The notes under the pieces: generated by a model
Told to the model about the DNA's origin: nothing
What the model saw: only the letters and a program-made list of their open reading frames with translations
Database searches by the model: none
Origin: Leucoraja erinacea
Taxonomy: Eukaryota
Reading direction: 5' to 3'
NCBI RefSeq assembly: GCF_028641065.1
Contig: NC_073381.1
Span: 19,406,001-19,470,000, forward strand
DNA: 64,000 nucleotides
In this document: piece after piece, positions 49,826-62,604 of the stretch
Layout of the letters: each line of letters starts with the position of its first letter
How positions within the stretch are numbered: the stretch's first letter is position 1
Position numbers and translations under genes: made by a program

Positions 49826-51799
49826 ATTTTAATTTTGGATTTACTTAAACCAAATGAACCAAACTTCAGCACACACAGATTGGTGGATTTGGAACCAACT
49901 CGGGAAAGAAACATTTTGTACCTAAACTGAAATTTCTAAAACTCAATCCAAATTATTCAAAGGAGCTTGAAATGTGTGAAAGGGCAGAGAGCCTGAATAA
50001 CTTCAATACTCTTTTGTTCTTACAACAAATAATCTCTGCATGTAAATGTTAACTCTTTTCTTGGGTACAATTTAGCATGGTTCACAAAGTCATGTGAAGC
50101 ACAGGAAGAATAAAGAAAAGGAAACATTCAGTGCATTCTGCAATACAAGAAATCTCTTGTGCCAACCTTAAAATAACACGTGACTGCTGACTCAAGCTTG
50201 GCAGGAGAACCAAGTATATGTGTCGGGTTCAGGTTGATGTGGACAAGACCTCAGGCTTGTGTCATGTTCAGGTTGGATTCAAGGTTTCATTTTATCAGAG
50301 CCAAACACGCGTAATATTCAAAATTCAGGCACTAAAGAAAACGCCAAAGATCTGAAATTCCTTTGATCCAACAAGGAGTTCAGTGGCGCAGGCAACTTAT
50401 CAAGCACCTCTATCAGACCATCATTTCCACCTTCATGGGAAAACAAGCCATGTTTAGGCAACATATCCTCATAATCACGTTTCTAACCCTTGGGTATCAT
50501 TCTGATTAATGACAAGTATGTAAAGTTACAGGAAAGGCTGCAGTAGCAGGAAAATATCACTCCCACTCATCACTTTCAGCAACATCAGGGTAGAAACCAT
50601 ACAGATGTATGGTATGAGAGGTATATTTTTTTTTTGGGGGGGGGGGGGGGGGAAGTTATGTTGGAAGGAAAGAGGGGTGTGTCCAGCATCCACCTACTAA
50701 TACAACATAGACATTCACACTCCTCTGCTCAAGTAGGTCCAGATCTAAAACTTTTTACTTTTAAAATGGAACTTTGCCCTGGTGTGTTTAGTGACTATTT
50801 TTAGTCAACCCATGCTAATGGGATTATTTATTAAATGGGCTGACCAAGCCAAGCTGCTTTTAGTGGAACACTCGCAGTAAATATCCACCATTGGCAGTGG
50901 AACTCAGGATACAACTAGTTAAACATCTGTATGGTTTCTATAGCTCCGATAATGTAGATAATCTTAGATGTACAGAAGAATCAAGCCTTCTTATAATTTA
51001 TGAATAGATGTTACAAGGGAATTTAAAAATGTTTGATCCTTACATGCCTGAAAACATGAAATGAGCAACAATTCTAAATTATAAGCTGTTAGTAGCATTG
51101 TGACCATGTTCCATCATTAAATTTAATAAACCGGAAAGTATAAAAGATATATTTAAACTAAATGATTACCTGTACATCCTGTTGAAATCCTGTTGAAATT
51201 ATTCCATACAATAATGTTTAATTTATAATACTTTGTTTTAGGATAGATCGTCAAACTCAATATGTTTTTTCCTCATCCTGTGTAATTCATATGATCTAAA
51301 CCAGAGACACTGCATTTGGCACAGATTAACTGAGCAGCTGTTTTGCCTGCAGGATATAAAAGAAGCTCAGATTTTCAATGTGAAGCCTTACATGGATGCT
51401 TCCAACTCTCATTTGTAAAAAAAAAAGGGCCACAATGCTTGTGCTTCTGAAAAATACAGTGACTGCAATTACAGCTCGAGGAGATGGAAGAACAAAGCTT
51501 ACGTCTGCTTGTGAACAAAGCAACTGAAAGCTTTTTGGTCATTCTCTGGTCTAGTCAGACAGGAGAGCACCGAGCAGAGCATGGCCTTGATTTTTATGGT
51601 TTACAGATGGAGTGCTTACTTCGATTAGAAGCCCAGATAATGGGAAGGGTGGAGAATCAGGAATGATACATGTATATTGGAACAGTATAAACGAACACTC
51701 TCCCACAATGACAATTATTTGGAATTAAGTAAACATAATCAGGGGAAAGAACTGACTGACCAAAACAAGATTATCCAACTGACGATTTGAACAATTCAT

Positions 51800-52085
51800 T
51801 TCTTTGATAAATGGATAAAATCCACTGCGATTGTTATGCACCGACTCCCAAAGTTATTTTGATTGCACCTCTTCCCAGCCGGTTCTTTTCAAGGATACAA
51901 TCCCCTTTTCCCAGTTTTCCTGTCCCCTCTCCATTGGCTCTCAAGGTAAGTCTTCCATTCCAGGATGTTTGAAATGAGTATCCATTGCAAGGTTACCATC
52001 CCTTTCTTTCAGTTTATTTCTCTCCTCCACATCTGCTCTCAAGATTAGGCCTTCCATTCCAAGACATAGAAATGTCCTCCTTCTG
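51800..52085 (+). mobile_element. Degenerate Penelope RT-thumb coding fragment, partly duplicated in tandem
   Basis: Remnants resembling PTDS.SY.D.TSS.P...K.TIPFSQF, then CK.TIPF.QF..L.HICSQD.AFHSKT..MSSF. Confidence 0.55.
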
Positions 52086-52411
52086 TCATGGGCAAGATGG
52101 TGGTGAGCCACCTTCATGAACCGCTGTGAAGCTACTCCCCCTGGTCCTCGATGACAGAGGTTTTGAGATTGAGGTGTGCTGTCTTGGTAGCTGAGATAAT
52201 TACCAGCAATTCATTTAGGGTCATTAACAGGGTGCCAATCAAATGGGTTCCTTTGCAATAGTTGGTGAACTTCTTAAGAGTTGTAAGAACTGCACTCATT
52301 CGGGCAAGTATTCCATCAGATTCCTGCTTTGGTTCTTAAGGATGGTGGAAAAGTTTTACGGTGTCAGGAAATGAGTCGCTTATCACAAGATTACTGATCT
52401 CTGACCTACTC

Positions 52412-52509
52412 TGTTTAAGAAGAAGGGTCTTGACTCCAAACGTCACCCATTCCTTCGCTCCATAGATGCAGTCTCACCCGCTGAGTTTCTCCAGCATTTT
52501 TGTCTACCT
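52412..52509 (+). mobile_element. Penelope-derived short element
   Basis: 12-bp TSD tctgacctactc (52400-52411 and 52510-52521); begins at a decayed hammerhead core. Confidence 0.8.
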
Positions 52510-52804
52510 TCTGACCTACTCATGTAACTGTAGTATCTATGGCCGGCATTGTTTAATGCTGAAAATGTCTTATGTAAACATCATGCTGTATTTGCACAAT
52601 TTGGTCACTAGGTGTCCTGTGAAGCAAATGTTTTGAGGTATTTTTTCCAGCCATGGCACCATCTTGGTTTCCCCACTCGATCAAGATCCGAACAAAATTT
52701 GAACAAGATCAGTTGAATTTTAAACGCTATGCTTAAAAACACCCAACATATCCCTATAGGGAACTAACAACAATGAATTCTTTGGATGCAAGAATAGGAA
52801 AATG

Positions 52805-53122
52805 TTAGTTTAGTTTTAGAGATACAGCGCAGAAAAAGCCCCTTCGGCCCACCGAGTCTGTGCCAACCAGCGATCCCCGCACATTAACACAATCCTACAC
52901 ACACTAGGGACAATTTATATTTATAGAAAGCCAATTAATCTACAAACCTGTACGTCTTTGGAGTGTGGGAGGGAACCGAAGATCTCGGGGAAAACCCACG
53001 CGGTCACAGGGAGAATGTACAAACTACGTACAGACAGCACCCATGGTCAGGATTGAACCCAGGTCTCTGGCACTGAGAGCGCTATAAGACAGCAACTCTA
53101 CCGCTGCGCCACTGTGCCGCCC
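52805..53122 (-). mobile_element. Full-length V-SINE (HE1-like)
   Basis: Reverse strand: gggcggcacagtggcgcagcggtagag (A box), gggttcaatcctg (B box), V domain, tgtatctctaaaactaaac tail. Confidence 0.9.
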
Positions 53123-53399
53123 TAATGGAGGAATAAATTTCTAGCTCCATTTCGGGGTAAATGTTATTATACCACAAGGATATATGCAGCAGTTTTCCGC
53201 GCTGTATCTCTAAAACTAAACTAAAATTTCCCAATTCTTGCATTAATTAATTTAGAAATATAGATGTTTAGAAATAGGATACAAGTTCTGTAGTTAAAAG
53301 CATATTTTTTTTAATAAATTGCAAATGTCGTACACTAAGCAAAAATGTAAGGGATAAATTAAGCAAGTCCAGTGGGCATAGCAAGCAGTGGGAGCATGG

Positions 53400-56300
53400 G
53401 AGGGCTGACAGGCTCAATTGCATTTACTTTAATGCAAGGAGCCTTACATGCAAGTCAGAGGAGTTTAGAGCATTGATTGATCAGCTCCTGGAGATATATT
53501 TTGGGTAGCACTGACATCTTAATGTTCCAGGATATAGACTTTTTCAGATATGACAGAGGAGGAAAAAGAAAGATCGCATTACTGATTAGACAGAACATAG
53601 TGACAGAACATAGTAGAGTGGACATCTGGAAGGATTGCCCAATGAGATGAATTGGGTAGAATTTAGGAACAATCTAGGGCAATCATTTTTTGCTGGTGTT
53701 ATACTAAAGGCACCTCCTTAGTCAATGGGAATTAGAGGAACATATTTGTTAGACAATTTCAGAAAGGTGTTAAAGCAATAGGGTTACAATGATGGGGGAT
53801 GTAAATCTTTCCCACTATTGAGTGGGATTGCCTCAGTATGAGGGGCAGAATTCGTTAAGTATGTACAAGAACATTTTCTGACTCAATATATAGATTCTTA
53901 ATAAGAATGAGGCAGAACTCAACCTAATTTGAAGAAATGATGCTGGCCAATGGTGGAAGTGTTGCTGGGGGAACAATCTGAAAACTGTGAGCATAATTAT
54001 ACAAGGTATTATGGAAAGGGACAAATTTGATCCTAAACAGGGGATTCAATATCATAAGAGAGGACCAGGCAAAACTGGATTATAAACTAAATTTGGCAAC
54101 GTTCCACATGTTAGGTTGGCCCAGAAGATTAAGGTATGTGGCATCAAAGACAAACTGACTAATTTAATGTAAACTTAGCCTGGAAAGAAAAGACAGTGGC
54201 GGAAGATGCTTTTCTAATTAGGTCTGTGAATTGTAGTGTACAGCAGGGATCAACGCTGACCCTTCTTGGCTGTGAAATAAATGAATGATTTAGATGCGAA
54301 TGAAGGAGGAATGGTTAGCAAGTCTGCAGATGACAGGAATGATGGTGTTTTTGTGGATAGTGTGGAAAGTTGTCGAAGGTTACAGCAGGATATAGATAGA
54401 TGGAAAGTTGGACAGAGTATTGGCAGGTAGAATTCAATCCCGACAAGTGCGAGGTGATGCATTTCGGGAAGGCAGGTCGAGGTAGGACTTGTACAAGGTG
54501 CTAAAGAATGTTTATCAACAGAGAGAATTTGAAGTTCAAGTCCATTGTTCAATGAAACTGGTAACACGTGGAGACAGTGCGGTGAAGAAGTCACAGAATC
54601 ATGTGCCACTTCAGCCCAACCTATTCATGCTGCTCAAGATGCCCCATCTATTGCCCTTGCCTGGCATATCAGACTAACCTTTCCTATCCATGTACCTATC
54701 CAAATGTCTTTTAACTATTATTGTAACTGCCTCAATGTCTTCATCTGGTAGCTCATTCCATATAACGATCACCCCTCCTTTGAAAAAGTTTAGCCTGGGT
54801 TTCTAATTAAACCTTTAACCTCTCACCTCATGCCTATGTCCTCTAGTTCTCGATTCTCCTATTCTGGGAAAACACGTCTGTGCATTCACCTGTGCTTCTG
54901 TTCATTCACTTCAAAATTGCATACATTTCTATAACATCACCTTTTAACCTTCTGTGCTACAAGGAAAACAACTCTAGCATACCCCACCTTACCATATAGC
55001 TCGGGCCCTTGACTCCTGGCAAAATATTTTCTGTTTAATTGCATCTATCCTATAACAGGGTGACCAAAACTAAACACAATACTCCAATTGCAGCTTCACC
55101 AACATCACATACAACTGTTAACATAATATCCCAATTTCTATACTCAATTCCCTGAATGATAAAAACCAGCATGCCAAAAGCTCTCTTCATCATTCTACCT
55201 CCAGGGAACAATGTACTTGATTGTCTATACTCTCCACATTCCTCACAGCCCTACAGTTCATTGTAAAGGTCCTGCCCTAGTTTGACTTCCCAAAATGTAA
55301 CCTCACACTTATCTGAATTGCAACTCCATTTGCCACTTGCACGGCTGATCAAGATCCCTCTGTAATTCTTGATGATCATCTTCACCAACTATGATGCCGT
55401 CTATTTTGGTGTCATCTGCAAACATACTAATCGTGCCTTGTACATTCTCATCTAATCGTTGATATAGATGACAAACAGCAATGGGGCATACCACTCATCA
55501 CAGACCTTCCACCACCCCCTCTGCTTCCTACTAGAATGGAAAATTCTATACCCAGTTAGCTGGCTCTCCCTGGATCACATGCAATCTAACCTTCCAGAGC
55601 AGCCTATCATGATGTGGAATCTTATGAAAGGCCTTGCTCCATGTCCATATTGACAACATCTACGGCACTCTCCTCATCAACCTTCTTGGGTTTTCTCACT
55701 TCGCTGGAGGAGTTTCACCAGGATGATGCTTTGATTGTGGAGAAATTTAATGTGGGGGGAAGTTTGGACAGGCCGTGTTTGTTTTCCCTGTAGTGGAGGA
55801 AGCTGGGAGGTGATCTGATAGAGGTTGTAAGAGGCAGAGATAAGGCAGATACTCGGAATCTTTTCCCCATGGCAAAGATAATGAGAGTGAGAGGAATGAG
55901 TTTTAAAGGGAAATTGAGGAGGAACAACCCCCCCCCCCCCCACACAGAGTATGGCTAATATTGGAGGAGGTGGAATCAGATACAACCATTATATTTAAGG
56001 TACAATGAGACAGACAAATGGGCTTAAATGGACAAGGCATGAAAAGACACGGACCTTGTACAGGCAAACAGGATTAGTGGTAGATAGCAAAAAGGTTGGC
56101 ATGGCTGGAGTGGGCTAAAGCAGTGGTTCCCAACCTTCTTTAGCTCATGGCCCCCTTGGGATCTTTTAATTTTTCTGTGGCCCCCCCTGACATTATTAGC
56201 GGAAAAATAGTGCTTTAATATTATAATACCTTCCATAAAAATATCAGTCTATTAATTGCACATATATTCTCTTTTATTCTATTCCACAAACATCAAAAAT

Positions 56301-56450
56301 ATTTCAGCTACATAGATTTAAATTGATTAGAACTGAAATTTAGGAGGCAACAGGGTGGTAGCTCATTGAACCTGTGGCCCCCCTGAAATGGCCCCAGGTT
56401 GGGAATCACTGGGCTAAAGGACCAGTTTCTGTGCATGACCACTATGACTA
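53400..56450. mobile_element. Cluster of old CR1 fragments (+ about 53400-54590, - about 54590-55690, + about 55700-56450)
   Basis: Degenerate APE (NARS, NVPGYR.F, .MGD.N) and RT (FADDTKI, D..RLQ.DID) motifs, plus 3' UTRs. Confidence 0.7.
56121..56411. mobile_element. hAT (Charlie-like) MITE
   Basis: TIRs CAGTGGTTCCCAACCT / AGGTTGGGAATCACTG; 8-bp TSD ggctaaag at 56113-56120 and 56412-56419. Confidence 0.92.
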
Positions 56451-58662
56451 TCAGTGAATGTAAAGATAAGTATTAATAATTTATAGCAGAGGAAAGCCAT
56501 TTGATCTTTCACGACCTTGATAGTCAAGCTCCACTTCAAAGCCAACCAAATGAATCATATTTCCTTGTTTGTTCTCAAAAGGAAATTATTTTTCCTCAGT
56601 CTTTTAATTAGCTCTTAAATATCACCGGTCTTGTCTGCATCAACAACCTCTTTGGGTAATGCATTCCATATTCTAATTATATATTATATGAGATGAAGTG
56701 TTATAAATTCCTCCCTTATGTTTTCAAAGGGGCATAGTTGTTGGTCATGCATAACACCATTTCACACCGGCAGAATCGTCCAAAAATACCTTGCAATAAT
56801 TAAGTTACTTTTGAAGTGCGATTACAGTATGAAATGTAGGTGTATGGATCTCTCAATCAGCAACTAACAAACGGTTTTTGTCCTTTTGGTTAAGGGTTAA
56901 ATATTAGATAAACTCTTGAGCTCTTTGTTGAATCACACAATGGAATCTTTTACAGATAAATTAATAGGGGGATGTGGGTTTTTTTATACAAGAGAAGCAA
57001 AGGGTTGAGAATGAATTTTCTTCTCCCCAATGAGTTAATTAGCATGGTGATTATAAGAATGCTACAAAAATGCATACAATCCTGTAGATTTGCATGAATT
57101 TAAAGAGAAGAGTATGCATATGGTCTACTAAATACTATTCCTCTACCAAACACTGCTTTGACATTGCACTTACATCCTGTATCTATCCTCTGTTTCCCTT
57201 AGGAAAACAATTCTCGTAAACTGTAAAGGGATAGAATGGACTATATATCTAATGTTACAGTCTGCATTCAAGAACAGATGTAAAATGAATTGAACCACAG
57301 GGTTCAGATATTTCCCCCCCAGGTACACAGCACTACTCGTAATTCCTTTTCAGATTATGTTTTCAGAACAGCAGCTATTTCCTTCCACAGTCTATCAGTT
57401 GACTAATGAAATAGTCTTAAATTCTCCACGTATCCAGAGGGAACCGTTCTTACACACAGCATTGCCAAAGATAAATGTCTCACAATAACTGCAGTCGGAT
57501 AAGACATGATTGCGTCTCTCAGCTTCTGGGATCAGTTCACACACAATATTCACTAAATCCCTTATATGTACATCCACTCAACAAATGTTTTGCCATTAGA
57601 TCACTATTACATTCACATAATTCATCTTGTGTGATGTTAGGACTCCCAGTCTTGTGACACAAATCACTGGGAATGGAAGCAGCAGATACATACACAGATT
57701 TTTGAAAGGGACAAAGGAAAATGCAAGGCTATAAATCCAGCAAGTTTCAAAGCAAGAAAAGCCAACTATAATGTCCATGCATGGATCACCTCTAACAAAA
57801 CATAACACAAAGAACCATTATTTTTTAACAAATCCAGCTATGATGTTGCAGTTTTCTAAACACAGTGATGACTTTGAGTGAATAATTTTAACATTGTGTT
57901 GGGATGTTATTTCCAGTTGATGGACTGGGTCAGAGCAGCAATAATTCAAAAGAACATTCACAGTCATTATTATTTTCTCACAGAAGTAAAGCCCTGCAAT
58001 TTATAGACTAAGGAATGCTAATTTAAAAAATGAAATTTAAAGTAATTGAATAATTGCACTAACAACACAATGGCAAATTCTTCAAATAAGCAGAATGCAC
58101 AGATTGATTGAAAGCTCCCAGGAAACTTTGATCTCTTTAGGTAAAATTACCCCTTTAAAGGAATGAATACATTTTATTGAAGTTTTTTTGACTAAGTTTT
58201 CATCTAAAAATAATTGTGATGTGGACATTATAATCTTCAGGAAATTGGCAGAAAATGGTGAATGATAATAATATTTTGCACGATTCATTGAGTTAATCGA
58301 CAAACCATGATGGTATGAAGTGACATGGGAAAACAACCGAGAAAATCTGGCACAATTTATAAATGGAAGGGTAAACAGAAAAAATGATTATGGCCGTAAA
58401 GAAGTTACTATAGGCGGGACAGGGATAGAATGTAGTCGGAATGTAGTCGAAATGTAATAAAGGTTGTAAATTGGAAATGCCTTCAGATATAAGGTATAGA
58501 TTAATCTACACCCTCAAACAAGGAAAATAATCAGTGGTTTGTAATTGGATGCCATACTGAATCACTTTTTGGGAAGAAAACATATACAAAATTAGTTATT
58601 AATTAAAGGTGTGCAGAACAGGATGTATCGAGTATTAGCTAAAAGTGTAAAAACAAAGTCTT

Positions 58663-59221
58663 CAGTCGAGTGGCGCATGGAGTGGCGTGGAGGAGTGTGG
58701 ACTACGTCCTGCACTAAATCTTCGCGCGCCACCGGCCTGTCGCGTAACTGACGGCTAAAGTGGGACAGGCCGAAGACCCTGGCGTAACGCGACATCTCAC
58801 CTCCAACAGCAGCAGAAGCAGGCAAACGATCGCCAAGCTCGGCCTGGGGCTCACGGCCGTTGCGGATCCGGATCCGCCCCCACTCCTACTCCCAGAGCGG
58901 GGCCAAGACAATTGAAGATAGACACAAAATCCTGGAGTAACTCAGCGGGACCGGCAGCATCCTTGGAGAGAAGGAATGGGTGGCGTTTAGGGTCGAGACC
59001 CTTCTTTCAGACTGAAGAAGAGTCTCGACCCGAAACATCATCCATTCCTTCTCTCCAGAGATGCTGCCGGTCCCGCTGAGTTACTCCTGCATTTTGTGTC
59101 CATCTTCAAATGACGTCACGAGCTCCAGACGGCTGTGATGGCGCATGATGACGCGCGCGACTCTCGCGGGACCGTCACTACCGGCCTGTCGCGGAAGTGA
59201 CGGCCCAAGTGGGACAGGCCC
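58663..59221. mobile_element. Left-truncated Harbinger-type MITE with an internal copy of its terminus
   Basis: Right end AAGTGGGACAGGCCCT+TTA as at 2341; the internal repeat accggcctgtcgcg...tgacggc..aagtgggacaggcc occurs at about 58731-58771 and 59180-59220. Confidence 0.65.
58912..59109. mobile_element. Near-perfect 198-bp fold-back Penelope-derived element
   Basis: ttgaagatagacacaaaat...cccttctttcag | actgaagaagagtctcgacccgaaac...attttgtgtccatcttcaa; the two halves are reverse complements. Confidence 0.88.
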
Positions 59222-59224
59222 TTT

Positions 59225-61330
59225 AACTGCACACAATACTCCAGGTGTGGTCTCACTAGCGCGCTGTAGAATTGCAGAAGGACCTCTTTGCTCCTATACT
59301 CAACTCCTCTTGTTCTCTTGTTGCCATTCGCTTTCTTCACTGCCTGCTGTACCTGCATGCTTACTTTCATTGACTGATGAACAAGGACCCCCAGATCCCG
59401 TTGTACTTCCCCTTTTGTACTTTCCAACTTGACATAATTTAGATAATAATCTGCCTTCCTGTTTTCGCTACCAAAGTGGATAACCAAGTCAAGTCAAGTC
59501 AAAGTCAAGTCAAGTCAAGTTTATTTGTCACATACACATACGAGATGTGCAGTGAAATGAAAGTGGCAATGCTCGCGGACATTTGTGCAAAAGACAACAA
59601 CAAAACAACCAAACAAATTATAAACACAATCATAACACACATATTCTTTTACATAATAAATAATAGAAGGAAAAACGTTCTGTAGAGTTAGTCCCTGGTG
59701 AGATGGGCGTTTACAGTCCGAATTGCCTCTGGGAAGAAACTCCTTCTCAACCTCTCCGTTCTCACTGCATGGCAACGGAGACGTTTGCCTGACCGTAGCG
59801 GCTGGAACAGTCCGTTGCAGGGGTGGAAGAGGTCTCTCATGATTTTGTTTGCTCTGGAGTTGCACCTCCTGTTGTATAGTTCCTGCAGGGGGGTGAGTGA
59901 AGTTCCCATAGTGCGTTCGGCCGAACGCACTACTCTCTGCAGAGCCTTCTTGTCCTTCGCAGAGCAATTCCCAAACCAGATGGTAATGTTCCCGGACAAG
60001 ATGCTTTCCACCGCCACTGCGTAGAAGCACTGTAGGATCCTCGGAGACACTCTGAATTTCCTCAATTGCCTGAGGTGGTAAAGGCGCTGCCTTGCCTTAC
60101 TCACCAGTGCTGAGGCGTGTGATGACCATGTCATATCCTCAGAGATGTGGACTCCCAGATATTTAAAACAGTTCACCCTATCCACAGGATCCCCATTTAT
60201 ACTCAATGGAGTGTACGTCCTCGGATGATGTGCCCTCCTAAAGTCCATGATCAGCTCCTTCGTTTTTTTGATGTTCAAGAGGAGGCTGTTCTCCTGGCAC
60301 CAGAGTGCTAGATCAGCCACCTCCTCCCGGTAGGCCTTCTCATCATTGTCTGAGATCAGGCCCACCACCACAGTGTCATCAGCAAACTTAATTATTGAAT
60401 TGGAGCTGAACCTAGCCACAGTCATGTGTGTACAGGGAGTACAATAGGGGGCTGAGGACGCAACCCTGGGGCGATCCTGTGCTCAGGGTGAGGGACTTCG
60501 ATGTATTCCCTCCCATCTTGACTACCTGGGGCCTGGCGGTGAGAAAGTCCAGGACCCAGGCACACAGGGAGGTGTTGAGCCCCAATTTCAGTAGCTTCCC
60601 GGCCAGTCTGGTGGGGACTATCGTGTTGAAGGCTGAACTGTAGTCTATGAACAGCATCCTCACGTAGCCCCCCTTCTGGCTGTCCAGATGGGAGAGAGCG
60701 GTGTGCAAGACCTGGGAGACCGCATCGTCCGTGGACCTGTTCGGACGGTATGCGATCTGCAACGGGTCCATGTTCCGAGGGAGGAAGGCGCAGATTACCT
60801 CACATTAATCTACATTAAACTGCATCTGCCCACTCCCCCAACCTGTCCGTCACCCTGCATTCTCATAGCATCTTCCTCACAGTTCACACTGCCACCCAGC
60901 TTTGTGTCATCTGCATATTTGCTAATGTTAATTTGAATCCCTTCATCTAAATCATTGATGTACATTGTAAATAGCTGCGTTCCCAGCACTGCGCCTTGCG
61001 GTACCCCACTTGTCATTGCCTGCCATTCTGAAAGGGACCCGTTAATCCCTACTCTTTGTTTCCTGTCTGCCAACCAATTTTTGATCCATGTCAGCACTCT
61101 ACCCCAATACCACGTGCCCTAATTTTGCCCACTGATCTCCTATGTGGGACCTTATCAAATGCTTTCTGAAAGTCCAGGCACATCGGCTGGCTCTCCCTTG
61201 TCCATTTTCCTAGTTGCATCCTCAAAAAATTCCAGATTAGTCAAGCATGATTTCCCCTTCGTAAATCCATGATGACTCGGACCAATCCTGTTACTGCTAT
61301 CCAAATGTGCCGCTATTTCATCTTTTATGA
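59225..61330 (-). mobile_element. CR1 fragment split by a Rex1 insertion
   Basis: VRPHLEYCVQ at the left; SGVPQGAVLG, YADDTKL, KAFDKVP at the right. Confidence 0.88.
59486..60795 (-). mobile_element. Young Rex1/Babar LINE, 5'-truncated, one frameshift
   Basis: [17 protein letters not shown]...[12 protein letters not shown]...[20 protein letters not shown] / KFADDTVVVGLI...RRSFFPEAIR; (CTTGA)n tail. Confidence 0.95.
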
Positions 61331-62293
61331 AAGTATATCAGCTACTGCTGATCTCGGTCAGATCTCACTTCTGCATTAGGTTGGGCACCCAAGCTCCATA
61401 CTCAAGCTCAGATAGAGCAGGTCTGATACCATGCAAGTGTTGCTATTGACTTCACTCATGTTGAATTACTACTTACAGAGGCCTCCCTAGCAACCTCCTG
61501 CAGGAGTGCCCATCTTTCGTTCAGGACTGTCTGAGTGACCTCCCCTGCATCAAGAACATGCCTACTGTGAGTACTGATCTCCACCAGCCCAGCCAAATCC
61601 CTCTGATCACCTGTGAGTACCCCCCCCCCCCCCCTCCATTTACCATAATCACACAATCACTCCTGAGCAGCAAAAGAATGCAGCTGGAAGTGGGCTGCTT
61701 GCAAAAAGAGTAATTCCTTCAAGAGCTGTTTCCTTGACCTTGTAGCTGCGAGGCTAAATGATGGCAGCTGTGAGAATTTGCAATAGGTCAGTGCGATAGC
61801 ACATGAAGAAACTGACACAGCACGGCGCTATGCATGGGAACCCTGGGAAAACTGTTCTGAAGACTTTGCAATGGTGGATCACAATCTTTATATGACTTAT
61901 ATGAAGTTATGCCAGCACACAACTTTGAAGAAGAGTTGCTAGACTGAAATGTTCAGCTTATTCAGTTCTGACCACTAAATACTTATCAGAAGTGGTGTGT
62001 ACGGGTCTGAATAAGTGTAGTCGGAAAAATGGCCGAACCAAACACACGATAACAGAACAAGATTGTTTCTTTTATTGTACAATTTCTGTGCTGCTTCTAA
62101 TTTTAATCCTAATACCATTCTTCCTCAGTTTTTATACCACACTTTTTGAATCACTCAGAATTACACACAAGTTTCCACACCCTTTCTCTTTCTATTTGCA
62201 TTAAATGTGTCTTTACTGATGGTGCCAAATATAACTTTTCTCGATTGGTATATTTGGCTGCAAGCAATAAATGGGACTGGGGATATTAAAATG

Positions 62294-62604
62294 TCTGACG
62301 AAAGGTCTCAGCCCAAAAGTCACCCATTCCTGTCTCTCCAGAAATGCTTAAGAAGGAACTACGGATGCTGGAAAATCGAAGGTACACAAAAATGCTGGAG
62401 AAACTCAGCGGGTGCAGCAGCATCTATGGAACGAAGGAAATAGGCAACGTTTCGGGTCTGAAGAAGGGTTCCGACCAGAAACGTTGCCTATTTCCTTCAC
62501 TCCATAGATGCTGCTGCACCCGCTGGGTTTCTCAAGCATTTTTGTGTATCTCCAGAAATGCTGCCTGTCCCGCTGGGTTACTCCAGCATTTTGTGTCTAT
62601 CTTC
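62294..62604 (+). mobile_element. Penelope-derived element (subfamily A) containing a nested subfamily-B fold-back copy at 62349-62548
   Basis: Outer TSD atattaaaatg (62283-62293 and 62605-62615); inner TSD tctccagaaatgct (62335-62348 and 62549-62562). Confidence 0.88.

Noticed and set aside
52805-53224. TIR element suggested by ~30-bp inverted ends (52805 and 53192-53224)
   Set aside because: Both ends are the common SINE/CR1 tail sequence; better explained as a second tail fragment in the opposite orientation.
57395-57577. 60-aa minus-strand ORF with CxxC
   Set aside because: Short, with no recognisable homology and no convincing flanking splice sites.
58912-59109. Classifying the fold-back element as a DNA-transposon MITE
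   Set aside because: Family members have variable-length TSDs, asymmetric arms and 5' truncations, and one is linked to a Penelope ORF end, all of which indicates retroposition.
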